A stretch of 64,000 nt of DNA from Octopus vulgaris (taxonomy: Eukaryota). The stretch's first letter is position 1. Each line of letters opens with the position of its first letter. A program made the translations under genes and the position numbers. A model generated the notes under the pieces. That model worked only from the letters and a program-made list of their open reading frames with translations, made no database searches and was not told the origin of the DNA. The stretch is from positions 248,001 through 312,000 of the forward strand of contig OX597843.1 in assembly GCA_951406725.2 (NCBI GenBank). Reading direction: 5' to 3'. Shown piece after piece: positions 38,420 to 56,984 of this stretch.

Positions 38420-39055
38420 ATACAACACAGTAATTTCTTCACAACACAACAAACACGTTACAATGGTATTGTACAATACAATTAATTTATTCACAACACA
38501 ACAAACACTTTACAATGGTACCGTACAACACAATTAATTTATTCACAACACAACAAACACGTTACAATGGTACCGTACAATACAATTAATTTCTTCACAA
38601 CACAACAAACACGTTACAATGGTACCGTACAACACAATTAATTTATTCACAACACAACAAACACGTTACAATGGTACCGTACAACACAATTAATTTCTTC
38701 ACAACACAACAAACACGTTACAATGGTACCGTACAACACAATTAATTTATTCACAACACAACAAACACGTTACAATGGTACCGTACAACACAATTAATTT
38801 ATTCACAACACAACAAACACGTTACAATGGTACCGTACAACACAGTAATTTCTTCACAACACAACAAACACGTTACAATGGTATTGTACAATACAATTAA
38901 TTTATTCACAACACAACAAACACGTTACAATGGTACTGTACAACACAATTTATTCACAACACAACAAACACGTTACAATGGTACCGTACAACACAACAAA
39001 CACGTTACAATGGTACTGTACAATACAATTAATTACTTCACAGCACAACAAACAC
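38420..39055. repeat. 52-bp minisatellite, about 12 copies
   Basis: Unit ACAACACAACAAACACGTTACAATGGTACCGTACAACACAATTAATTTATTC. Confidence 0.92.
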
Positions 39056-39324
39056 ACTGCAACAGAACTACACAACACACTGCAGTAATTACTTCACAAC
39101 TGGAAAGTACTATGTCCCACAACACAACAAAATACACCACAAGAAAAAATATGCAACGCATAACAATACTTACTTTCACATCAGTACAATGTCCCACAAC
39201 CACAGCAAACACACTACAACAGGACGATACAAAACAATACAGTAACTACCTCACAACACAGCTAACAACGTCAGTTGTTCGCAGAGTGTTGTTAGTTAAC
39301 GAACAGAAAACAACTTATAACAAT

Positions 39325-39398
<74 letters not shown>

Positions 39399-40358
39399 AT
39401 GATGTACTGATGAAGATGTCTGGGTGGTGTTTAGTTGTGTGTGATGCTGCGAGGTGGTGTGTAGAGTTGTGTAGTGATATGTGGTGGTGTGAAGCGGTGT
39501 AGAATGATGTGTGGTAGTGTACAACGATCTGGAGAAGCAGTTGCGCCAGCGGTAGTGGTGGCTGTGGTGGTGACGGTGGCGGTGGTGATCGTGGTGGTGA
39601 TGGTGGTGGTGGTGGAGGAGGTTGTGGTGGTGGTGATGGTGGTTGTGGTGGCGAAGTGTGACAAACAGTGGTCCGTTGTTGTCAAGTTTGTGGCGGTGTC
39701 GTGGTGGTAGTTAATGATGGTGGTGGTCGTGGTGGTGGTGGTGAGCACTGGTCAAGATGGTGAGGGTGGTGAGGGTGGCGAAGGTGGTGATGGTGGTGGT
39801 GATGTGATTAATTGTGGTAACGATGCGTGATGGTGGTGGTGGTGGTAGTGGTAATGGTGGTGTGGTAGTGATGGCGGCAGTGTTGTGGGTGTGGCGGAGT
39901 TGTGTTGGCGGAAGTGTTGATGATAGTAATGGTGGTGGTGGTGGCGGCAGAACTTGTAGTAGTAGTGGTTTTTGTTGTTGCGATAGTGGTAGTGGTTTAG
40001 CCCCAGGCTTTGTCCTGATCTAGAAGACCTAGCCTACGACCATCCCGTCACGCCGTTTTACCCTCTAATGTAACGTATATTGGGCACCATTATGTACCTA
40101 ACGTGTCCTTCCTGTAAGAAGACGACAGGAAGATTTAGCTGGTATTTCTAGCAGGCTGTCTGACCACACAGCGACTCCCTTTTAGATTCGCTCAAATCAG
40201 CTGGCTCTACAGAGCCCTGTGTCTGTGTAACACACATATATGTGTATGTATGTGTATATATGTGTGTGTGTGTGTCGGTGCCCCAGCATGGCCACAGCTC
40301 GTTAGCTGAAACTAGAATCAATCAATCAATCATATGTGTGTGTGTGTGTGTGTGTACA

Positions 40359-41157
<799 letters not shown>

Positions 41158-41208
41158 ATGTGTGTGTGTGTGTGTGTGTGTGTATGTCTGTATGTATATA
41201 TATGTGTG

Positions 41209-41241
<33 letters not shown>

Positions 41242-41516
41242 GTGTATGTGTATAAATGTGCGTGTGTGTGTGTGTGTCTATATATATGTTTGTGTGTGTT
41301 TCTTTTACGCGTATATATATGAGTGTGTGCGTGCGAGTGTGAGTATATATGTATCTATATATACGTGCGTATGTATAACTATCTATCTGTCTGTGTACGT
41401 ATGTACATATGTATGTATATATATCTATGTACAACAGCATATATATCTATATATCCCGGCTTTTCACCACTTTTGTCTACACTTAAATGTATATATGAGC
41501 GTATATGTATATACCC

Positions 41517-41568
<52 letters not shown>

Positions 41569-41606
41569 ATATATATATATGTATGTATATATATATATAT
41601 ATAGGA

Positions 41607-41657
<51 letters not shown>

Positions 41658-41985
41658 ATATATATAACTTTATGCATACATATATGAGTGCGTGTATGAC
41701 TATATATTTCTGTATATGCATGTACGTACGTATGTATGTATGTATGTATGTATGTATGTATGTATGTATGGTGTCAAGTTAAAATTACCAACCTCTGTCT
41801 CGCTTGATCAAGGTTTCGATATCAACTCAAGGTACCTCCATGGTCGATAGAAACTATCCGTCTTTCTTTGGTGTAGTTTTAGAACTGTCGTTGTTGTTTT
41901 TGTTTTTGTTGTTCTTCTTCTTCTGTTGTGGGTGGCTCAACGTTAAAAAGACCTCGTAAAGTTCCACATGTTGGTGTCAGGTGGT

Positions 41986-41999
41986 CTGTGACGTCACAG
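41986..41999. promoter_or_regulatory. Candidate CRE (CREB/ATF site) within a 14-bp palindrome
   Basis: CTGTGACGTCACAG contains the full TGACGTCA, in a unique-looking island about 6.4 kb upstream of the receptor ATG. Confidence 0.35.
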
Positions 42000-42084
42000 T
42001 GGTCACTTGTCAGGATTCATTCTGCTTGTGCTGCGCGCCTGTGGGTGTGTACGTGTGCGTCTACACGCCTGTATTTGCATATAG

Positions 42085-47510
<5,426 letters not shown>

Positions 47511-48079
47511 CAGCAATGATTTAACCCTAGGCCAGTTTTCTTCCACTCAGTGGCTCTACAACAAAAGGCCGTCTGATCATGTTTCATCCTATTTTATTTG
47601 CCTCTTAATTAAATTTCATTTTATTTCCACCATCTACGTTGGAGTACATTAATTAATGTGATTCTTTTATTCTTTATTTCTTTCACTCGTTTCAGTCATT
47701 TGACTGCGGCCATGCTGGAGTACACCTTAGCTTAAAATTATTTCTAAATGATTAAAATATTGTGTTTAACAAAAGCGAAAGTAGAAACATTTACTCTAAA
47801 ACAACAAATTGTACTTTTTTCGTTGTCTAATCGAAAGGCAAGAGTTTCTTCCCTTTCAGGATTAAGTTATTTTCAGAATATTTTTGCCATTATGTACCCT
47901 TTTTGGGTATTTATACCCCGCAAACCCCTAATATCTCAAAAACTACTTGTCCGATTTACACGAAACCTGTTTTATTCTGTTCATATTAACATTTCAAGGG
48001 CAACTCAATTCATAGTATTTTCCCACGATGCGCCAGTTTGGCTGAGTAATATTGCAAGCAAGCAAGCAAGATTTAAGCT

Positions 48080-48154
<75 letters not shown>

Positions 48155-48416
48155 CATACATTTACGAGGGGCTTCTTTCAGTTTCCGTCTACCAAATCCA
48201 TTCACAAGGCTTTGGTCGGCTCGAGGCTACAATAGAAGACAGTTGCCCAAGATGACACACACAAGGACTGAACCCGGGGCTATGCAGCTGAGACACTAGC
48301 GTAGCTAGAGTGTGTGCCGCCCCCAGACTCCACAAAAGACACATATTGCCTACAGCAGACCCAAAATGAAGCCCCTCGTACATGTATGTATGTATGTATG
48401 TATGTATGTATGTATG

Positions 48417-48481
<65 letters not shown>

Positions 48482-48946
48482 AGTTTAAATCTTGCTTGCT
48501 TGCAATGTTACCCAGCCAAAAAGTGCCGCCCTACCACGCTTCCCCCACCAGGACTGAGAAGCAAGCTTCTTACCGCACAGCCACTGGTGTATGTCTGTAT
48601 ATTTGTGCCTGGTAGAGTTGCAGGGATGGCTGCGTGGTTAGGAAACTCGTTTTGCGACCACGTTGTTTCCGGTGGTCCCGCAGCACAGCACATTGGGCTA
48701 GTTTAAGTATTATATCCTCTGGAGGCGACCAAGGCTTTCTAAGTGAATTAGGTGGATGGAAACGGCGTCGAAGCCCCTCGTTTGCTTCTCAACCACACGG
48801 TTCTGGGTTCAGTCCCAGTTCATGACACCAGTTGGACAAGTATCTACTTCTATAGCCTCAGGCAGATCAAAGCCTTGTGAATTGATTTGGTAGATGGAAA
48901 CTGAAAGAAGCCTGCTGTATATTATCTGTGTGTGTATGTGTGTGAA

Positions 48947-49293
48947 GGCGCATGGCTCAGTGGTTAGAGCGTCGAACTTACGATTGTGACGTTATGAGTT
49001 CGATTCTCGTACCGGGCTGTGTGTTGTGTTCTCGAGCAAGACTCTTTATTACACGTTGCTCCAGTTCACTCAGCTGTAGAAATAAGTTGTGACATCTCTG
49101 GTGCCAAGCTGTATCGGCCCCTTTACCTTTCCATTGGATAACACTGGTGGCATGGAGTGGGGTGACTGGTATGCATGGGCGACTGCTGTTCTTCCATAAA
49201 AACAACCCTATGTTGTGCGTTCACTGGTGAGGCGACTTACTGCCCAGACTTGTATCCTGGAGGGGATGCTCTTAGGGGCACCTATGGTCATTC

Positions 49294-49295
<2 letters not shown>
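48947..49295 (+). mobile_element. tRNA-derived SINE, family D
   Basis: GGCGCATGGCTCAGTGGTTAGAGCG (A box), GAGTTCGATTC (B box), followed by a TGTTGTGTTCTCGAGCAAGAC central domain. Confidence 0.7.
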
Positions 49296-49324
<29 letters not shown>

Positions 49325-49327
<3 letters not shown>

Positions 49328-50069
49328 ATATATAAACGGCAGTTTGTCTGTGCGTGTTTCTGTGTGTCTGTTTGCTTGTACCCCCACCCTGACCACGGCT
49401 TTCAACCGATTCTGATGAAACTTGACACACACATAGCCCAAAGTCATAATTCAAAACTAACGTAGCGAAAATATTGAAAAGTTCCCCCAGTTCTGAAAAA
49501 AACCCTCACCCTGACCACGGCTTTCAACCGATTCTGATGAAACTTGACACACACATAGCCCAATGTCATAATTCAAAACTAACGTAGCGAAAATATTGAA
49601 AAGTTCCCCCAGTTCTGAAAAAACCCTCACCCTGACCACGGCTTTCAACCGATTCTGATGAAACTTGACACACACATAGCCCAATGTCATAATTCAAAAC
49701 TAACGTAGCGAAAATATTGAAAAGTTCCCCCAGTTCTGAAAAAAACCCTCACCCTGACCACGGCTTTCAACCGATTCTGATGAAACTTGACACACACATA
49801 GCCCAATGTCATAATTCAAAACTAACGTAGCGAAAATTTTGAAAAGTTCCCCCAGTTCTGAAAAAATCGATAAATTCGACATGGGGTCGAGAATCAGAAA
49901 CACAAACCGCAAACTGTCTAGGGGACGCGACTCCACCTTTTTTCACTCTCAAAAATAATTTACCATCATTTTTTCCCTTTTTTTTTGCTATTTTTTGGCT
50001 ATAACTCTCTAAAAATGCTTTATAGTTATTTCCCTTACAAACCTGAGCAACGCCGGGTGATACTGCTAG
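49325..50069 (+). mobile_element. Non-autonomous Helitron with four internal tandem repeats of about 121 bp
   Basis: A|TC 5' end, CTAG|T 3' end, subterminal hairpin-like CCTGAGCAACGCCGGG, no TSD; repeats start at about 49382, 49503, 49624 and 49747. Confidence 0.85.
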
Positions 50070-50566
50070 TATATATATATTTATATATACATATATACAC
50101 GAATGACCATACGTGCCTCATGTATATATATACACACACACATATATATATATATACATAGATGTTTGTATGTATATGTATATGTATGTATGTATGCATG
50201 CGTGTATGTGTGTATGTGTGTATGTATGTATGTATGTGTGTATGTATGTATGTATGTATGTATGTATGTATGTGTGTATGTATGTATGTATGTGTGTATG
50301 TATGTGTATGTATATATGTATGTATGTATGTGTGTATGTATGTCTATATGTGTATGTATGTATATTTGTGTGGTTTGTGTGTGTCAGTATTTATCCCTCA
50401 CCAGCACTTGACAACCAGTGTTGGTGTGTTTACGACCTGTAACTTAGCTGTCCGGCAAAAGTGCCTAAAAGAATAAGTACCAGTAGATATTTAAAGGAAA
50501 AATATGTCCTGGGGTCAATCTATTCGACTAAAAAAATTTTCAAGATGGTACCACATAGCCGTAATC

Positions 50567-50604
<38 letters not shown>

Positions 50605-50671
50605 CTGCCTGTCCCTCGTACATCCACTAATTGTTTCATTTTGGATTACATTTATTCCACTTTGGTATTAC

Positions 50672-51240
50672 TCTTTACTCTTTTACTTGTTTCAGTCATT
50701 TGACTGCGGCCATGCTGGAGCACCGCCTTTTTTAATCGAGCAAATCGACCCCGGGACTTATTCTTTTGTAAGCCCACTACTTATTCTATCGGTCTCTTTT
50801 TGACGAACCGCTAAGTGACAGGGACATAAACACACCAGCATCGGTTGTCAAGCGATGTTGGGAGGACAAACACAGACACACAAACACACACATATATATA
50901 TACATATATACGACAGGCTTCTTTCAGTTTCCGTCTACCAAATCCACTCACAAGGCTTTGGTCTTCCCAAGGCTATAGTAGAAGACACTTGACCAAGGTG
51001 CCACGCAGTGGGACTGAACCCGGAACCATGTGGTTGGTAAACAAGCTACTTACCACACAGCCACTCCTGCGCCTATACGACAGGCTTCTCTCAGTTTCCG
51101 TGTACCAAATCCACTCACAAGGCTTTGGTCGGCCCGAGGCTATAGTAGAAGACACTTGCCCAAGGTGCCACACAGTGGGACTGAACCCGGAACCATGTGG
51201 TTGGTAAGCAAGATACTTACCACACAGCCACTCCTGCGCC
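50672..51240 (-). mobile_element. SINE family A with two heads
   Basis: Similarity to 27-415. Confidence 0.85.
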
Positions 51241-51471
51241 ACTGGTATGTTAACTGTCTCTATCAAATTCTTGTCTGTTGGTTCATTTTCTGTTTTGTTT
51301 CTTGTTTGTATTTTTTACTCACCAACTCCCACGTCCACGCCACTAGTAGGGCAACAATATTATCGGTCAGGCACGAAATTGCGGTTGACCTTCTGGCCGA
51401 TAACTGATGAGAAGTTGGTAGCCATCTGTATTTGTTTCCTGTCTGTGCATTTAATATATGTTTTTAACTCA

Positions 51472-51519
<48 letters not shown>

Positions 51520-51582
51520 ACAAATATATATATATACTGTGTGTGTGGATGCGCAATGGCCCAGTGGTTAGGGCAGCGGAAT

Positions 51583-51912
51583 CGTGTAACTGGTACTTAT
51601 TTAATCGACCCTGAAAGGATGAAAAGCAAAGTCGACCTCGGCGGAATTTGAACTCAGAATGTAACATCAGACGAAATACCTATTTCTTTACTTACCCACA
51701 AGGGGCTAAACACAGAAAGGACAAACAAGGACAGACAAATGGATTAAATCGATTATATCGACTCCAGTGCATAACTGGTACTTATTTAATCAACCCCGAA
51801 AGGATGAAAGGCAAAGTCGACCTCGGCAGAATTTGAACTCAGAATGTAACGGCAGACGAAATACGGCTATGCATTTCGCCCGGCGTGCTAACGTTTCTGC
51901 CAGCTCACCGCC
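51583..51912 (-). mobile_element. SINE family B with duplicated body
   Basis: Similarity to 35951-36730. Confidence 0.8.
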
Positions 51913-52116
51913 GTAACAACAACAACACCAACAACAATAATGATGATGATGATGATGATGATAGCAACCACCATAGCAACAGGAGCGAATTTAGCTTCTG
52001 GTCGGCCCGTTGGTTGGTTGACGACACTTTCAAGGTTTTTTGAAGAACAGCCAAGTTCTGATTTGGTGCGTCTTACCAAGAAACAGCAAAGTTTTTATAA
52101 GAAGTTTCTCTCAGGC

Positions 52117-52151
<35 letters not shown>

Positions 52152-52612
52152 CCACCATCACCCCCACCATCTTCACTACCATCAACACCATCATCATCAC
52201 CAACACCGTCCGTCATCATTATCATCATCATCATCGCCATCGTCATCACCATCATCACTACCACCTCCACCTCCATCGCAACCACCACAGTCATCACCAC
52301 CACCACCACCACCACTCGTCATCATGATCATCATGACCATCATCATCACCTTCATCATCATCACCACCATCACCACCACCATCTTCAACACCATCAACAC
52401 CATCATCATCACCAACACCGTCGCCGTCTTCATTATCATCATCATCATCATCAACATCGTCATCATCACTACCACCTCCACCTCCATCGCAACCACCACC
52501 ACCACCACTCGTCATCATGATCATCATGACCATCATCATGACCATCATCACCATCACCACCACCATCTTCACCACCATCAACACCATCATCGTAACCAAC
52601 AGCGTCGCCATG

Positions 52613-52646
<34 letters not shown>

Positions 52647-52725
52647 CCACCATCATCACTACCACCTCCACCTCCATCGCAACCACCACAGTCACCACCA
52701 CCACCACCACTACCATCACAACCAC

Positions 52726-52756
<31 letters not shown>

Positions 52757-52848
52757 GTCATCACCATCATCACTACCACCTCCACCTCCATCGCTACCAA
52801 GACAGTCACCACCACCACCACCACCACCACCACTACCATCACAACCAC

Positions 52849-52886
<38 letters not shown>

Positions 52887-53065
52887 CACCACCACCACCA
52901 CCATCACCACCACCCGTCATCATGATCATCATGACCATCATTATCAGGGTGCCACTTCTCTTCAGAACCACACTTCATGTGGCCGACACTCACGCTCCAC
53001 CACCATGCCCTACTGCACCTCTGCTGTCCACTGACTACTACTACTACTACCACTACCACCACAAG
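52117..53065. repeat. (CAT/CAC)n tract with internal higher-order duplications
   Basis: CATCACTACCACCTCCACCTCCATCGC recurs four times. Confidence 0.9.
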
Positions 53066-53420
53066 AACCACCTCCCTCAAGCATCTTACGTCAAACGGTG
53101 GTGACGGCCCATCCCACCCCATCGCTACTCACCCCCTCATCTCAGCCAATCTACTTAGCTTGAGTCCGTGTCATACCAGGAAACCCAAATTTTAAATAGA
53201 TTTATAGAAGTTCGTCTGTTTCTATGTGTCTCTTCCCTTTTTTCCTCATTTTTCTTCTTTTTTCTTTTCTTTTGTTTCTTTTCCTTTTTTTTCTTTTTCC
53301 CTTTTACGATCCCTTTTGATCGAAAACCTACGCCACTTTTTTTTTTCAACCCCCAAAAGAAAAGCTCTACCTTGTAATTTGTCCCATCTGTGTGCAGCCC
53401 TGTGTGGCCAATAAAGAAAC

Positions 53421-53514
<94 letters not shown>

Positions 53515-53572
53515 CTTTATCTATCTATCTATCTATCTGTCTATCTATCTATCTATCTGTCTATCTATCGCG

Positions 53573-53614
<42 letters not shown>

Positions 53615-53724
53615 ACCGTGTCTGTCTGCCTGTGTCTCTCTCTCTACGGATATATATATGTGTGTGTGTGTGAGTTTATCCTTCCATCCATCTATCTATC
53701 TATTTAGCTAACTGTGTCTGTCTG

Positions 53725-53759
<35 letters not shown>

Positions 53760-53815
53760 GGATATATATGCATGTGGGTGTGTGTCAGTTTATCCATCCA
53801 TCCATCCATCCATCC

Positions 53816-53888
<73 letters not shown>

Positions 53889-54560
53889 GCTGGCTATCTA
53901 GCTAGCTAGCTAATTGTTATTCTATTTGTCTATTTGTATATTTGTCTATATACATGTATGTATGTATGTATGTATGTATGTATGTATGTATGTATGTATG
54001 TATGTATGGGTACGTGTATTTATATATTATATGTATAAATATATGTAGTTGAAATTTAAAGGAAAACAAAAGCCGAAGGCAGGTGTATAAACAACAAGCA
54101 GGTGCATTAGTTAGACGCTCGGGAAGGTGAGAAAGTCTTACGTTTCGAGCCTACGCTCTTTAACGGAGAGGAACACAAAGAAATACAGAAAGAGAGAGAA
54201 TTAAAAAAACACTTGTGCGTAAGCATGTATTTTATTTAACCAAAGTATATGTATTTAGAAGCCTTCTTATGAAATCTTTTTCAAACACACACACACGCGC
54301 ACACACACACACACAAACACACACAAACACGCATATACACATACATACATACATACATACATACATACAGATAGACAAATAGATTAATAGATTGTCAGAC
54401 AATTAGCTAGCTAGCTAACTTGCTAGATAGATGGATATATATATATATGATGTACTTGCATAGCAAGTGACTTGATCTGATATCGTGTGCTGGAACGAAA
54501 ACAATTGCATGGAAGGTGTTTATAAGCCATTTCTATAAAACACCTTCCACGCTGCAATTG

Positions 54561-54636
<76 letters not shown>

Positions 54637-54724
54637 ATATATATATATGTATATGTGACCTCGTCTGTATCACTAGCGAGTTTTTTCCTCTGTCTTCTCT
54701 TCTCTGGATCTTTCCTTCTCCTAT

Positions 54725-54759
54725 GTTTCCGATGAAGAGCTCCGCTTGAAACGTCATAC
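54725..54759 (+). ncRNA. Minimal hammerhead-like motif with variant core CCGATGA, in a short TA-flanked element
   Basis: GTTT-CCGATGA-A-GAGC-TCC-GCTT-GAAAC-GTC-ATAC; relatives at 12610-12640 (CTGACGA core) and 62402-62436. Confidence 0.5.
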
Positions 54760-55190
54760 CCTCCTTCTTCCCTTCTTTCCTGAGCGTCCAATAATACTTT
54801 ATTTGTTCCACGTCCCATTTACCAGATCGAATTGCTCGATTAAAGGCGGTGCTCCAGCATGGCCGCAGTCAAATGACTGAAACAAGTAAAAGAGCAAATG
54901 AGCAAAAGAGTATATGTAACTCTTACTTAATGATTGCCTCCTTAATTTCGTTAATTAACTCACTCGTAATTAGACGAAAAAGAAAGAGCAGAGGGAGAAA
55001 ACAGATCTGCGGAACGCATAGAGTTAAGCCCTGAAGTTTTCTTATTTCTTTATTGCCTACAAGGGGCTAAACATGGAAGGGACAAAAAAGGACAGACAAA
55101 GGGATTAAGTCGATTACATCGGCTCCAGTGCGTAACTGGTATTTAATTTAACGACCCCGAGAGGATGAAAGGCAAAGTCGACCTCGGCGG

Positions 55191-55223
<33 letters not shown>

Positions 55224-55231
55224 TATACATA

Positions 55232-55285
<54 letters not shown>

Positions 55286-55291
55286 CGAAAG

Positions 55292-55329
<38 letters not shown>

Positions 55330-55767
55330 GCAGATAAATAGATAGATAGATAGATAGACGGACAGGCAGGCAGGCAGGCAGACAGACAGACAGACAGACA
55401 GATAGATAGAGATAGATCCATAGATAAGTCAATAAAAACTCGGTGTTTACAGTTCTTTTCCTTTGTTATTCATTACTCAATCAATCGATCGATTTTTGTC
55501 CCAGGCCTTTCGGCACACAACGTGAGCCTTATTAATAGTTTCTCCTTTTCATTGCCATTAATTAATAATTAATTACCTAATTAATGGAACAATAAAAAGA
55601 AAGCATAATACAACCAGGGTTTGTGCATTTTATTATTTTTATAGCAGAATGACTCTCTCAGAAAACAATATCTTTTTCAACTCATTGTTGTCTTTTTACA
55701 CCAAGGACATTTGTACAATTCATACAAAAAAGATGTATACATTTGCCAATGTTTGTATAAATATATA

Positions 55768-56179
55768 CTCTTTTACTCATTTACTCTTTTACTTGTTTCA
55801 GTCATTTGACTGCAGCCATGCTGGAGCACCGCCTTTTAATCGAGCAATTCGACCCCGGGACTTATTCTTTTTTAAGCCCAGTACTTATTCTATCGGTCCC
55901 TTTGCCGAACCGCTAAGTGATGGGGACGTAAACACACCAGCATCAGTTGTCAAGCAATGCCAGGGGAACAAACACAAACATATACGCACATATATATAAA
56001 CATATATATACATATATCCGACGGGCTTCTTTCAGTTTCCGTCTACCAAATCCACTCACAAGGCTTTGGTCGGCCCGAGGCTATAGTAGGAGACATTTGC
56101 CTAAGGTGCCACACAGTGGGACTGAACCCGGAACCGTGTGGTTGGTAAACAAGCTACTTACCACACAGCCACTCCTACG

Positions 56180-56219
<40 letters not shown>

Positions 56220-56374
56220 TACGACGAGCTTCTTTCAGTTTCTGTCTACCAAATCCACTCTCATGGCTTTGGTCAGCCCGAGGCTATAGTAGGAGACACT
56301 TGCCCAAGGTGCCACGCAGTGGGACTGAACCCGGAACCATGTGGTTGGTAAGCAAGCTACTAACCACTCCTACG

Positions 56375-56421
<47 letters not shown>

Positions 56422-56581
56422 GACGGGCTTCTTTCAGTTTCCGTCTACCAAATCCACTCTCAAGGCTTTGGTCAGCCCGAGGCTATAGTAGGAGACACTT
56501 GCCCAAGGTGCCTCGCAGTGGGACTGAACCCAGAACCATGTGGTTGGTAAACAAGCTACTTACCACACAGCCACTCCTACG

Positions 56582-56630
<49 letters not shown>

Positions 56631-56790
56631 GACGGGCTTCTTTCAGTTTCCGTCTACCAAATCCACTCACAAGGCTTTGGTCGGCCCGAGGCTATAGTAA
56701 AAGACACTTGCCCAAGGTGCCACGCAGTGGGACTGAACCCGGAACTATGTGGTTGGTAAGCAAGCTACTTACCACACAGCCACTCCTGCG
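55768..56790 (-). mobile_element. SINE family A with four tandem heads
   Basis: One body/tail plus four head modules separated by (TA)n. Confidence 0.88.
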
Positions 56791-56984
56791 GCAAAAGCGA
56801 CCAATAGGATAAGCATCCAGCCTTAAATACAAAACAAGTTCTCGAGTTGATTCATTTGACTAGAAACACTCCAGGCCAATGCTCCAGCATGGCCTCAGTC
56901 TACTGAAACAATTGGAAGGTGAAATATAAGCATAAACCCATTCTTTTATTCTTTAGTTAATTTCAGCAGGGGAGGTTCCAAGGC

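Noticed and set aside
49411-49421. CTGATGAAAC in the Helitron repeats as a hammerhead core
   Set aside because: No stem II between CTGATGA and GAAA, and no flanking stems
51940-53034. 364-aa His-rich ORF
   Set aside because: Translation of a (CAT/CAC)n microsatellite; several frames are open; no domain or splice evidence
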